A DNA stretch of 63,948 nt, filler included, from Candidatus Woesearchaeota archaeon (lineage in GTDB: Archaea > Nanobdellota > Nanobdellia > Woesearchaeales > CG1-02-33-12): the NCBI GenBank assembly GCA_018399355.1. It is 5 parts of 5 records of this genome, joined end to end, with 100 filler letters (N's around TTAATTAATTAA, not from the genome) between each part and the next. Parts side by side here need not be neighbours in the genome. Positions count along the whole stretch, not along the records: positions 16,484 to 32,851 come from JAGYOA010000019.1; positions 32,952 to 47,550 come from JAGYOA010000021.1; 3 more parts are not named here. One strand, written 5' to 3'. Below are positions 29,546 to 39,025 of the stretch, piece by piece. Each line of letters starts with the position of its first letter. Within the stretch, counting starts at the first letter, position 1. The position numbers and the translations under genes were made by a program. The notes below the pieces were generated by a model. The model saw only the letters and a program-made list of their open reading frames with translations, did not search any database and had not been told where the DNA came from.

Positions 29546-30604
29546 TCAAAACCTGAAAATACCAGCAAAAAAACTTATTATTCTTTGAAAAAAGTTTTTC
29601 TGCCTTAATTCAACGCATATATTGTTAATACATGAGTTTATACATTCATAACTGTTTTCGCAAATTTCATTATCTTGTTTCTGCATCATCCATTGGTTGT
29701 TTGCACTACAATAAGAGGAAACATTGTTTATTTCTTTTACATCACCATAGGAAAAACATTGGCTGTCTGAAGGGCATCCATCAATAACTGTAAATTTACA
29801 TTGTCCTTCAATGCATTCATTTGTTGTGCAGGGGTTGTTATCATCACATTTTTCAACACAGCTGTGGTTGACTATTATCTCGCAAATATCACACTCAAGC
29901 TTCTTGCACAAGAAATCATTTCTGTCGCAATATTCATCTAAACCGCAGTCAGTATCTAAAATACAAAAAGATTTATTGCAGTATTCTTCAGCATAGGTGT
30001 AATACTTGTCATTTTTATTGTAGCATTTATCATGGCTTATTGAAATTCTCTCTATGTTTAAATCTGTTTTTAGCTTGAGCAAATAATTATCATCTCCAAG
30101 GTTTTTGATTGTTAGGTTTTTTATTATTGTGCTTTTTGATAAAGGACCGTATGTATAAATATTATTTTTGTCTGTTTCAAAAGAATACCTTAAATTATAA
30201 ACTCCATTATGATTTTCTGATTTGAACCTTGCGTAAAAATAACCAAATTGCTGGTAACAGCTTTCTGTCGAAATCTCGAGCTCCTTGCAGCTGAATTTAT
30301 ACCCTGGGCAGTAAGTATCAAAGCTATGGTTGAAACCCCCATACTCAATTTTAATTCCGTACCTGAAATTATCATTAAGAACCATGTCTTCAGAATTAAA
30401 AAATTTTAGGTCACTGGTCCATTCTCCAGGAACATGAAACCATTCTTTTCTGTCCTTGCTTGCATAAACCTTTCCTTCTATGTTTTGGGTTGAATAAATT
30501 TCAATTGAGCCGGAGTCATCACAATCCCCTACAAACAGTATATAGGCGCTTGAAATAGGGATCAATAAAAATAGTGTGAATACCAGCACAAGTAAATTTT
30601 TCAT
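29546..30604 (-). CDS. Secreted cysteine-rich protein
   Basis: Signal peptide; C..D.DC...C, CDDNNPCT..C motifs; amphipathic C-terminus. Confidence 0.7.
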   Translation of the reverse strand: MKNLLVLVFTLFLLIPISSAYILFVGDCDDSGSIEIYSTQNIEGKVYASKDRKEWFHVPGEWTSDLKFFNSEDMVLNDNFRYGIKIEYGGFNHSFDTYCPGYKFSCKELEISTESCYQQFGYFYARFKSENHNGVYNLRYSFETDKNNIYTYGPLSKSTIIKNLTIKNLGDDNYLLKLKTDLNIERISISHDKCYNKNDKYYTYAEEYCNKSFCILDTDCGLDEYCDRNDFLCKKLECDICEIIVNHSCVEKCDDNNPCTTNECIEGQCKFTVIDGCPSDSQCFSYGDVKEINNVSSYCSANNQWMMQKQDNEICENSYECINSCINNICVELRQKNFFQRIISFFAGIFRF

Positions 30605-30616
30605 TTAAACACCTCT

Positions 30617-31147
30617 TTAAGGTATGCGGTTAAGCTGTTTTATTAAATAATTCTCTTCTTTATCAATCTTTTGGATTTCATTATCAACCTTTACAGGCTT
30701 TTTTTCTTCTTTTTCAAAATCTCCTATTCCGGATGATTCTTCTTTGAGCTTTATTTCTATTGTTGACATCTGCTCTTCATTAAGCTGTTTTGGCTGCCAC
30801 TGGAAGTTAAGGTTGTCATTTTCCTTTCTTGGAATTATATGAACCATAAAATGGTTTGTTTTTTGGCCAGAGACAACACCATTTTGTATGAGTATATTAG
30901 TTCCCTTTGCCTGAAAAACCTCAAAAACAGCCATTGATATCTTATTTACTATTTTTGAAAGATGCCCCATTAAATAATCTGGAACCTGTTCAATTATTGC
31001 GAAATGCTCTTTTGGCATTACAAGGAGATGGCCCTGGCAGCAAGGCCTTGAGCTTAGCATTGCAACTACCTTTTCATCCTGAAAAATTATTTTTCCTTTG
31101 TTGCTTTTTATTATTTCGCAAAATTCACATTTATTTTCCGGGCTCAT
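30617..31147 (-). CDS. HIT family protein (degenerate triad)
   Basis: CEFC, P...GHLLVMPKEH, HFMVHIIPR. Confidence 0.88.
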   Translation of the reverse strand: MSPENKCEFCEIIKSNKGKIIFQDEKVVAMLSSRPCCQGHLLVMPKEHFAIIEQVPDYLMGHLSKIVNKISMAVFEVFQAKGTNILIQNGVVSGQKTNHFMVHIIPRKENDNLNFQWQPKQLNEEQMSTIEIKLKEESSGIGDFEKEEKKPVKVDNEIQKIDKEENYLIKQLNRIP

Positions 31148-31805
31148 TTTTTATAAGGAAACTTGATATATCATCAAGATTTGGTTTTTCTTTGTTTTCT
31201 TGCTTTTCTTCATGTTGTTTTTTCTTATCTTGGTTATTTTTCGTTTTTTGTTTTTCAACATGCTTTTTTTCTTCACTTGGCTGTTTTTTATCATCCATAT
31301 CAATAGGCTCTCTTTTCTTGATTCCAAAAAGTTCATTGACCTTGTTTTTTAATGCTGTTCTCATCTGCTCTAAAACATCATCTGAAACCTTTTTTTCTGC
31401 AAGATTAAACATGTTTAATCCGTCTGTTTTCATCCTTGGTATTATATGCACCATAAAATGAGATGCTTTCTGGCCTGCAGGCGCCCCGTTTGCTATGAAT
31501 ATATTGGTTCCTTCAGCATTTAAGGCCCTCAGACATGCATGTGAAAGGCTTTTGGCAACCATAAAAACATGAGCAATTATATCGTCTGGAATCTGCGGCA
31601 TTATCTGATAATGTTCTTTTGTCAACAGAAGTATATGCCCAGGATTAGAAGGATTTATATCAAGTATTGCCAGTACTTTATCATCCTCATATATTTTTTT
31701 TGAAGCAACGCGCCCTGAAATAATATGGCAGAATATGCAGTTTTGCTTCTGAAGCTCCTGTATCTGCTCAGGAGACATGTTTGCAAGCTCTTCCTCTGTG
31801 ACCAT
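31131..31805 (-). CDS. HIT family protein (degenerate triad)
   Basis: CIFC, LDINPSNPGH, AGQ..SHFMVHIIPR; start MVTEE. Confidence 0.88.
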   Translation of the reverse strand: MVTEEELANMSPEQIQELQKQNCIFCHIISGRVASKKIYEDDKVLAILDINPSNPGHILLLTKEHYQIMPQIPDDIIAHVFMVAKSLSHACLRALNAEGTNIFIANGAPAGQKASHFMVHIIPRMKTDGLNMFNLAEKKVSDDVLEQMRTALKNKVNELFGIKKREPIDMDDKKQPSEEKKHVEKQKTKNNQDKKKQHEEKQENKEKPNLDDISSFLIKNEPGK

Positions 31806-31888
31806 AATTGCATTTAAATATTGTTTATATTTAAAATTTCCTATTAAATTAAACAAAATATTTAAAGGTTCTATAATCATCAAATGTT

Positions 31889-32569
31889 ATGGAGCCAGAT
31901 ATATCTGTTGTTTTGCCCTGCCTTGATGAGGAAAAAACAGTAGGAAAATGCATTGATGAGATAAATAGTATTTTTGAAAAAAAAGGAATTAAAGGAGAAA
32001 TAATTGTGTGTGATAACTGCTCAATTGATTCTTCTGTTGAGATAGCCAGTTCAAAAGGAGCAAGAATAATAAAACAAAAAATAAAAGGATATGGGGCTGC
32101 ATGTATTAAGGGAATTTTATTTGCTAAAGGAAAAATTATTGTTATAGGTGATTCAGATGGGACATACGACTTTTCTGAAATTCCAATATTAATTGCACCT
32201 ATTAAAAAAGGATATGGCCTTGTCATTGGAAACCGGTTTAACGGAAAAATGAAAAAAGGTTCAATGACCAAGCTGCATTTTATTGGAAATTCATTTCTTT
32301 CTGGAATTATAAGAATATTATTTAAATCAAAGGTAAGAGATTCTCACTGCGGTTTAAGGGCGTTTACAAAATATGCTTTCAAGAAAATGAGCCTTAAATC
32401 AAGAGGAATGGAGTTTGCCTCTGAGATGGTAATAAAGGCTTCTAAAAAAAATATTAGAACATATGAAGTTAATGTTTCATACAGAAAAAGAAAAGGCAAA
32501 TCAAAACTTAACAGCTTTAGGGATGGATGGAGGCATTTGGTTTTTGTATTCTCTTCAAAATTCTTTTAA
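31889..32569 (+). CDS. Glycosyltransferase family 2 (DPM synthase-like)
   Basis: ISVVLPCLDEE, GYGAA, DSDGTY, DSHCGLRAF, FRDGWRH. Confidence 0.92.
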   Translation: MEPDISVVLPCLDEEKTVGKCIDEINSIFEKKGIKGEIIVCDNCSIDSSVEIASSKGARIIKQKIKGYGAACIKGILFAKGKIIVIGDSDGTYDFSEIPILIAPIKKGYGLVIGNRFNGKMKKGSMTKLHFIGNSFLSGIIRILFKSKVRDSHCGLRAFTKYAFKKMSLKSRGMEFASEMVIKASKKNIRTYEVNVSYRKRKGKSKLNSFRDGWRHLVFVFSSKFF

Positions 32570-32605
32570 GAAAGTTTTTTATAAACTTTCTTTTTTCTTG
32601 ATTTT

Positions 32606-32851
32606 ATGAAGATAGCGATAGTATATGATATGATTTATCCTTACAGCATAGGGGGAGCAGAAGTAAGGAACTACACTCTCGCTAAAAAACTTGTTGAAAT
32701 GGATCATGAAGTACATATTTATGGCATAAAAATGTGGGATGGCCCAAACACAATTAAAAAACAAGGAATAATAATCCATGGGGTTGATTGTTATAAAAAG
32801 AAATATAACTTTAAGGGTCAAAGAAACCTTTTAGAGCCAGTTATTTTTTCT
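32606..32851 (+). CDS. Glycosyltransferase family 4, N-terminal fragment (contig end)
   Basis: MKIAIVYD..YPY..GGAE...HEVHIY. Confidence 0.85.
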
Positions 32852-32951
32852 NNNNNNNNNNNNNNNNNNNNNNNNNNNNNNNNNNNNNNNNNNNNTTAAT
32901 TAATTAANNNNNNNNNNNNNNNNNNNNNNNNNNNNNNNNNNNNNNNNNNNN
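32852..32951. other. Artificial contig linker
   Basis: N-run + TTAATTAATTAA + N-run. Confidence 0.98.
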
Positions 32952-33337
32952 TATTCCTTGAATTCTTGGTTTTTGGTGTGATAATGGGCATTGTTGAAGA
33001 CCTTATTGCAATTAAGTTTGCAACAGGCGAAACTATAACATGGACTATTATTTTAATTGTCACCTTAGTTGCTATCCCATTTGCAGCAGTTGGAGAGCTG
33101 ATAGTTGATAGGATACATATATTTCCAAAAAATAGAATTGAAGTATTTCTGGAGTTCTTGGTTTTTGGTGTGATAATGGGAATAGTTGAAGACCTTATTG
33201 CAGTAAAATTTGCTACTTCAGAGCCAATAACATGGAATGTTGTTTTAATTGTTACTTTAGTCACTGTCCCATTTGCAGCAGTTGGAGAACTGATAGTTGA
33301 CAGGGTTCCCCTTATTCAAAAGAAAAAAATCAACTAA
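32952..33337 (+). CDS. Membrane protein with tandem 64-aa repeat (5'-truncated)
   Basis: FLEFLVFGVIMGIVEDLIA.KFAT.E.ITW..IVTLV..PFAAVGELIVDR occurs twice. Confidence 0.8.
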
Positions 33338-33390
33338 TTCTTTTTTGTGTTATGAAAAACTATATAAACAAAGCCTTTTTCAGAAAACAT

Positions 33391-33885
33391 ATGGAAATGA
33401 AGAGTGCATTGAAAAAATTAAATGAAAGCGATGAGTTTTTAGTTTGGAGCAAGAAAAACAAAAAATCAAAATTAACTTATGTATTCACTATGGATAACTG
33501 TGCTGAGTGGCAGTTCGGCTATTATAATCCTGATAAAGACAAGATGTCTACATTTTCAGTGAATGATGTTATATCATTAAAAGATGAGCAGGATGTTTTC
33601 AAAAAGCCAGGGGAAAAGGTTAAGTGCATAAATCTTGAAGATATTAAAATAAATTTTGAAAAGGCTCTGGAAAAAGCAGAGCAGACAAGAAAAAAATATT
33701 ATCCTAATGAAACCGTAAACAAAAAGATTGCAATACTTCAAAATATAAAGCAAGGGCAATTATGGAACATAACTTTTGTTACTCATTCTTTTAAGACAAT
33801 TAATATCAAGATAAATGCGTTAAATGGAAAATTAATAAAGCATGAAGTTGTTTCTTTGTTTGATTTCAAGGCAAAGGCAGAATAA
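33391..33885 (+). CDS. Hypothetical protein (PepSY-like C-terminus)
   Basis: WQFGYY; I..E.A...A..WNITF...IKINA.NGK; TATA at 33361. Confidence 0.65.
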   Translation: MEMKSALKKLNESDEFLVWSKKNKKSKLTYVFTMDNCAEWQFGYYNPDKDKMSTFSVNDVISLKDEQDVFKKPGEKVKCINLEDIKINFEKALEKAEQTRKKYYPNETVNKKIAILQNIKQGQLWNITFVTHSFKTINIKINALNGKLIKHEVVSLFDFKAKAE

Positions 33886-34123
33886 TTTCATGTGGAAACA
33901 GTTTTTTCAAATGGAAAATCAGCTTTCTTTCTTATGGAACTAAAGATTTTTCGCATGGTGTTTTTTTAATATAAAACATATTAGGCTTTAAAAAACAAAA
34001 AAAAAGCCAAACAAAGCTTTTCTCCATCAGAACAATAATTGTTTTAATTATATATTTTTAATCTTGATTTAATTTAAATACTATCTCTGCTTTCTATTTT
34101 TTGTTGCAAAAAGAGGGATATTT

Positions 34124-34567
34124 TTGACAGAAAAGCTTAAGGTAAAAATAAAAAGAGTAAGTGAAAGCGCAATAACTCCGTGCTATGCCCATGAGGGCGA
34201 TGCAGGTGTTGACCTTTATTCTGATGAGGATTGTATTCTTAAGCCAGGGGAAAGAAAGCTTGTAAAGACAGGAATAAAAATAGCACTGCCTCATGGTTAT
34301 GAGGCCCAAGTAAGGCCGAAGTCAGGACTTGCATTGAACCATGGAATATCCTTATGTAACTCAGTTGGCACAATTGATTCTGGTTACAGAGGAGAAATCT
34401 GTGTTATATTAATAAACCACGGCTCAGAAGAATTTAAAGTAAATAAGGCAACAAAAATAGCCCAGATGATATTTAATAAGTTTGAGGAAGCAGAGTTTCA
34501 GGAAGTTGAAGAGCTTGATGAAACCAAGAGAAACCAAGGCGGCTTTGGGAGCACTGGATTAAAATAA
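34124..34567 (+). CDS. dut: dUTP diphosphatase (trimeric, bacterial-like)
   Basis: [39 protein letters not shown] start. Confidence 0.96.
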   Translation: MTEKLKVKIKRVSESAITPCYAHEGDAGVDLYSDEDCILKPGERKLVKTGIKIALPHGYEAQVRPKSGLALNHGISLCNSVGTIDSGYRGEICVILINHGSEEFKVNKATKIAQMIFNKFEEAEFQEVEELDETKRNQGGFGSTGLK

Positions 34568-34675
34568 AGAGGTTGAAAAATGAAGAACGGAATAAAATAC
34601 AAAACAGCAAAGACAAACACAAAACTAGATGAATTTATTGAAGAAAAAGATCCAGGCCAGGAAAAAAAACAATAA

Positions 34676-35410
34676 TCAAAGCTCTTTAAACTTATCTTCT
34701 TTAAAATCATTCCATATTTTTAATGTTTCTTTTTCTGTGTCTTCTGTGGTTTTCGGGAAGTTTGTATTAATGTAAACAACCTTAGAGCCGTGGTTCTGAA
34801 AAAGGGTTTTCAGCCACTGGCTGTTATATCGCTGCTCTAATTTTCTTTGAAAGTTTATTTCTTCAAATATTGCGCTGTCCTGCTTTTCTCTCTGCCTGAG
34901 CCTGTGCATCACTGTTTCAGGGGCTACAACAGCTATTATCATCAACCCAGGAGAGTTTTGTATAGCCAGCTTATTTCCGGGCATCTTCATTATCTCGCTG
35001 AGTGCTATATTTCCTTGTAATGGCTGGTAAACAATCGAGCTTATAACTCCTCTTTCCTGAAAAACATATTTTCCTTGTTTTAATGCAGGAATCAGAACTC
35101 TTTTGTAAAGTATCTCTCTGTCTAGTGCAAATGCCTGTGCTGTTGACAATATTGAATAATCTCTTTTGTTGTTTCTTACGATTTCTTCCCTTAAAGCAGA
35201 CCCAATCCAGCAGTTTGTCATCTCACACGAGATTATTGCATCATAATCTGCTGTTTCATCTGGCGTGGGCAGTCTTTTATTTTCATCGCAGAAGTCTTTT
35301 AAATTCAGAATATTAAGGTTTTTTTCTTCGGCCCATTTTCTAAGGGCATTAACAATAACCCCTTTTCCAGAGCCGTCAAGGCCGTCAACCATCACAAAAT
35401 TCTTGTGCAT
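34676..35410 (-). CDS. tmk: Thymidylate kinase
   Basis: DGLDGSGKG P-loop, FALDR, QERGVISSIVYQ. Confidence 0.88.
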   Translation of the reverse strand: MHKNFVMVDGLDGSGKGVIVNALRKWAEEKNLNILNLKDFCDENKRLPTPDETADYDAIISCEMTNCWIGSALREEIVRNNKRDYSILSTAQAFALDREILYKRVLIPALKQGKYVFQERGVISSIVYQPLQGNIALSEIMKMPGNKLAIQNSPGLMIIAVVAPETVMHRLRQREKQDSAIFEEINFQRKLEQRYNSQWLKTLFQNHGSKVVYINTNFPKTTEDTEKETLKIWNDFKEDKFKEL

Positions 35411-35506
35411 AATACATTATATGGAAAGTCTTTATTTAAAGCTTTTGAATTATTAAATTAACCACTTAACAGTAACATTTATATATTAGTAAGTAAATCT
35501 CTGTTT

Positions 35507-35977
35507 ATGGAAGACCACTATAAAAAAGATAATTTGTACTTTAAAATAAAACATGCAGTTGAAAATGTGAATTCCAATAAAGCCAAAGAGTTTCTTTTAA
35601 GCGTTCCTTACTCTAGCTGGATAAGGTATGCTGTTACAGGATTATATGATGAAAGAAGAATAGACTCTTTCAGTGAACTAATCTCCTCTGTTTATTCTGA
35701 AACCGAGAACAATGGATACAAAGGAAGAGAAAAAGAGAAATACCTAAATTTGATTATCAATCCCCTGATTAAGGCATCTGGCAATAAAAAACAAAAACAG
35801 GGATTCAGAAAAACAATAGAAAAAATGGTATCAAAAGAAGGAGGAAAAAAGGTGTACGAAGCAATAACAACTAATCCTCTGATATATTCCTACAAAATAC
35901 ACAAAACAAAAAAACATAAAGAACTTGATAAAACAATAAAAAGACTGGAAAAATACATTCTTAAAAATTATATGTAA
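35507..35977 (+). CDS. Hypothetical protein
   Basis: 156-aa ORF with upstream TATA; no motif recognised. Confidence 0.55.
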   Translation: MEDHYKKDNLYFKIKHAVENVNSNKAKEFLLSVPYSSWIRYAVTGLYDERRIDSFSELISSVYSETENNGYKGREKEKYLNLIINPLIKASGNKKQKQGFRKTIEKMVSKEGGKKVYEAITTNPLIYSYKIHKTKKHKELDKTIKRLEKYILKNYM

Positions 35978-36577
35978 TTATCTTGAGGCATCTGCCTGCC
36001 TTTCAGCATCTAATTTCTTGGATATTGCATTTGATGAATTGCTTAAATTGTATGCATGTATTATTTCATCTGCCAATGCGCTTACTGCTTCTTTCTTAGA
36101 ATTAAATGACTTCACATAAGCTCCCTGAACCATATACCTTAATGCAAGGTCTATCCTTCTCTGAGGAGCGCACTCAACTGCTTTTGGGTATCTTGCTCCG
36201 CCGTACTCTATTGTGATTACTTCTTCCCTTGGAGCGGCGTTCTCTAAAGCTTTTACAAAAACAGCTATAGGATTTTGCTTTGTTCTTTGCTCAATGATCT
36301 TGAATGTTTCCTCAATAATAGAATAAGCTGTTTGTGACTTTCCTGTTGATTTATGAGAGGTTATAAAGTGCTTTTTTCCCTTGTGGCCAGGCACCATAAC
36401 CTTATTTATTAATCTTTCAACTATGAATGTTTTTGACTTATGAAACCTTGCCCCTGCATATCTTGCCCCTGTTTTAGGTATTATCTTTACATCAAGGTTT
36501 ATGTAATCCTTAAGCCCTGCATCCGCTACAGTTATTTCCTTTACACTCCATCTGTTAAAAGCCTTTATATCATCCAT
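35978..36577 (-). CDS. rps7: 30S ribosomal protein uS7
   Basis: IVERLINK, NPIAVFVKALENAAPREE, APQRRIDLALR, ERQADASR. Confidence 0.97.
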   Translation of the reverse strand: MDDIKAFNRWSVKEITVADAGLKDYINLDVKIIPKTGARYAGARFHKSKTFIVERLINKVMVPGHKGKKHFITSHKSTGKSQTAYSIIEETFKIIEQRTKQNPIAVFVKALENAAPREEVITIEYGGARYPKAVECAPQRRIDLALRYMVQGAYVKSFNSKKEAVSALADEIIHAYNLSNSSNAISKKLDAERQADASR

Positions 36578-36645
36578 TTTTATTATTCACTATAAAAGGA
36601 GATTTCCATTTATATTTAAAGCTTTCTGTAAGAAGTAACAATGTT

Positions 36646-37293
36646 TCAGCATTTCTTTTTAATATAATCTGAATTTTCCCTTGTGTCGAGTATATGCTCA
36701 TTTGAATAATATACCTTATTAAGGACTGTCATGTTAAACATTATCCTAAAAAGATATACCTTGTCTTTTTCAATGCTGAAGTCAGCATTGCTTAAGCATG
36801 TTTCGCATATCTCAAAATAAGTGTATTTATAAAAAACTCCGTTCATTCTGTGTATTTCCCTGTATTCCTCATCGATGCTTTCCTTTACCTGAAATATGAT
36901 TTCTTTTGGTAAAATAGATGTATTAAAGTAAACAAATCCTCCGTTATTTCCTCTTATGCAAGCTGGCTTAACATTAACCTCATTTATGGAAGTTCCTTCT
37001 TGATTTGTCATTACAGGCTCAAAATCAATATCATCTTGATTAAGGCAGTCCTGTTTTCTGTCAACATCTCTTCCATCAGGGCAAACATACTTTATTGTTT
37101 CCACTGTCTTTGTTTCTGTTTTTATTTTTTCAGGACATAAAGAGCAGTCCATAACGCAGTCAGGGCATATGCACTCAGGGCAGGATGGGCATTCCTTTGG
37201 TTTTTGCAGCAAAAGAACAGAAACAATGATTATCAAACAAACCAGTAAAATAACAAACACAAAACTAGGTTTATTTGGCATAGCTTTTTTCAA
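36646..37293 (-). CDS. Membrane-anchored Cys-rich surface protein
   Basis: N-terminal TM, CPSCPECICPDC, KYVCPDG. Confidence 0.7.
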   Translation of the reverse strand: MKKAMPNKPSFVFVILLVCLIIIVSVLLLQKPKECPSCPECICPDCVMDCSLCPEKIKTETKTVETIKYVCPDGRDVDRKQDCLNQDDIDFEPVMTNQEGTSINEVNVKPACIRGNNGGFVYFNTSILPKEIIFQVKESIDEEYREIHRMNGVFYKYTYFEICETCLSNADFSIEKDKVYLFRIMFNMTVLNKVYYSNEHILDTRENSDYIKKKC

Positions 37294-37457
37294 AAAATCA
37301 CCTCAATTTATTGTTTGCTGAATGATGGAGTATTTAATATTTCGCTTTTTTCAAGCACAGATGTTATTAGATTGGCGAAAGAAAAGTAAATTTTAAGCCA
37401 TAGGTTACAAGAAGGTTTGCATCAGCCATTCATTAATTATATTGCTCTTTAGGTTTA

Positions 37458-38936
37458 TTAGCCATCTATAACATATCTTTTAAAGATCTGCTCCTCTGGC
37501 TGAGGAATTGTTGTTCTTTCAAATACATCAACTGTCCACCTGTATGATGCCTCTTCTATTCCATCTGAAACAATGACATCAACATTCTTTCTTCCTGGGA
37601 TTGTAAATATTCTTGAGTGTATATTTCCATCAGTGTATGTTTCAAAGGTTCCAAACTTCCATTTGTATGTTATAGTATCATTATCATAGTCAAATCCATT
37701 AACCTTAAATGTCACCATCTCTCCCTCATATATTTTTATTATTTGTTCAGGAGTTGCATTTACAACAATTGGAGCCCTGTTTTTATCATTAACAGTTATT
37801 CTCACTATTTTTTCTGCAGTAAGGTTATAGTCAGCTGCATAAAAACCAATTATAAATTCTTTTTTCCCGTTTTCAACTGTATCAAAATCAGGAGTCCACT
37901 CAAAGGTATTATCTGTGAAAGTTGCGCCACCAGGCATATTATCTGCAACAAGGTAAACTATATCATCGCCGTCTGGATCATAAGCGCTTACTTTAAAATT
38001 AACTGCTTCGCCCTCATAAACATTTGTTTTATTAATGGATTCTATTACTGGCGGCCTGTTTGTTTTTTCAACCAAAACAGTTACATTCTGCGAGCTGAAT
38101 ATCTTGCCGTCTGTTGCATAGACAACTAAATTATGGATTCCTTCCTCTCCGTAATCAACATGCCTTGTTGATGAATCAGAAAAACCTGAATACCAGTATC
38201 TGACATTATCCCCGTCAGGGTCTGTTGCATAAGGCCTTATAATTAATTCTTCTCCTTCTTTCACTGTGATAAAAACATCATCCTCTTTATCAACAGGAAT
38301 ATCATTGATACTGTGGATTACAGGGGGCCTATTAACATCCTCAACAACTATTTCCATAGTTTGGGTTGTCTCCTTGTCTTTTGACCTTGCTATAAAAGTG
38401 ATATCAAATGTCCTTTTTGTAACATAATTGAAATATCTTGAAAGAATTCTTTCAAACCAGTTTTTTCTTACAGTATCGTAACCCGGCTTCCAGTAAAACA
38501 AATTTTCTGTAAGGTTTGCATTATTAGGCATATTAAATGAAAAATAGCTTATTTCGTCTCCATCAGGGTCTGTTGCATTTATATAGAACATTATCTCCTG
38601 ATTTTCTTTGGTATGAATATCCTCAAGAGCAAATTCGAAAAAAGGCTGCCTGTCTGTCTCATTCACTATAAGCAAAACCTGTTTTCTGTCAACAAATTCT
38701 CCGTCTGATGCATTAACCTCAATGATATAGCTGCCTGCATCATCATAGGTTGTCTGCCACCTCCCTTGTTCATCAAAAGGACTGCTGAAAGAAAAAGTGA
38801 TTTCATCATCATCAGGGTCTACTGCCTCAGGCTTAAGAACTACAAGGTCTCCTTCGCTGACAGTTACTTCCGCTATATACGAGCTAACCAGCGCAACCTG
38901 AATAAGCAATATAAAAAATAAAACCCCCCATCTCAT
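37458..38936 (-). CDS. Secreted cadherin-like/Ig repeat protein with C-terminal PKD-like domain
   Basis: Signal peptide; repeated NRPP...A.DPDGD.I.Y...SDG modules. Confidence 0.85.
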   Translation of the reverse strand: MRWGVLFFILLIQVALVSSYIAEVTVSEGDLVVLKPEAVDPDDDEITFSFSSPFDEQGRWQTTYDDAGSYIIEVNASDGEFVDRKQVLLIVNETDRQPFFEFALEDIHTKENQEIMFYINATDPDGDEISYFSFNMPNNANLTENLFYWKPGYDTVRKNWFERILSRYFNYVTKRTFDITFIARSKDKETTQTMEIVVEDVNRPPVIHSINDIPVDKEDDVFITVKEGEELIIRPYATDPDGDNVRYWYSGFSDSSTRHVDYGEEGIHNLVVYATDGKIFSSQNVTVLVEKTNRPPVIESINKTNVYEGEAVNFKVSAYDPDGDDIVYLVADNMPGGATFTDNTFEWTPDFDTVENGKKEFIIGFYAADYNLTAEKIVRITVNDKNRAPIVVNATPEQIIKIYEGEMVTFKVNGFDYDNDTITYKWKFGTFETYTDGNIHSRIFTIPGRKNVDVIVSDGIEEASYRWTVDVFERTTIPQPEEQIFKRYVIDG

Positions 38937-39025
38937 TTTATTTATTATAATTTCAATTCATATAAAAAGATTTCTATTGTTTAGTATTCAAAAGGAGTAA
39001 AAAAGAAAAAAATAACCTACTTGTT

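Noticed and set aside
34580..34675. 31-aa ORF after dut with SD-like GAGG
   Set aside because: Too short and featureless to support
37294..37457. Possible C/D-box or other ncRNA in intergenic gap
   Set aside because: Only short imperfect stems and a partial C box
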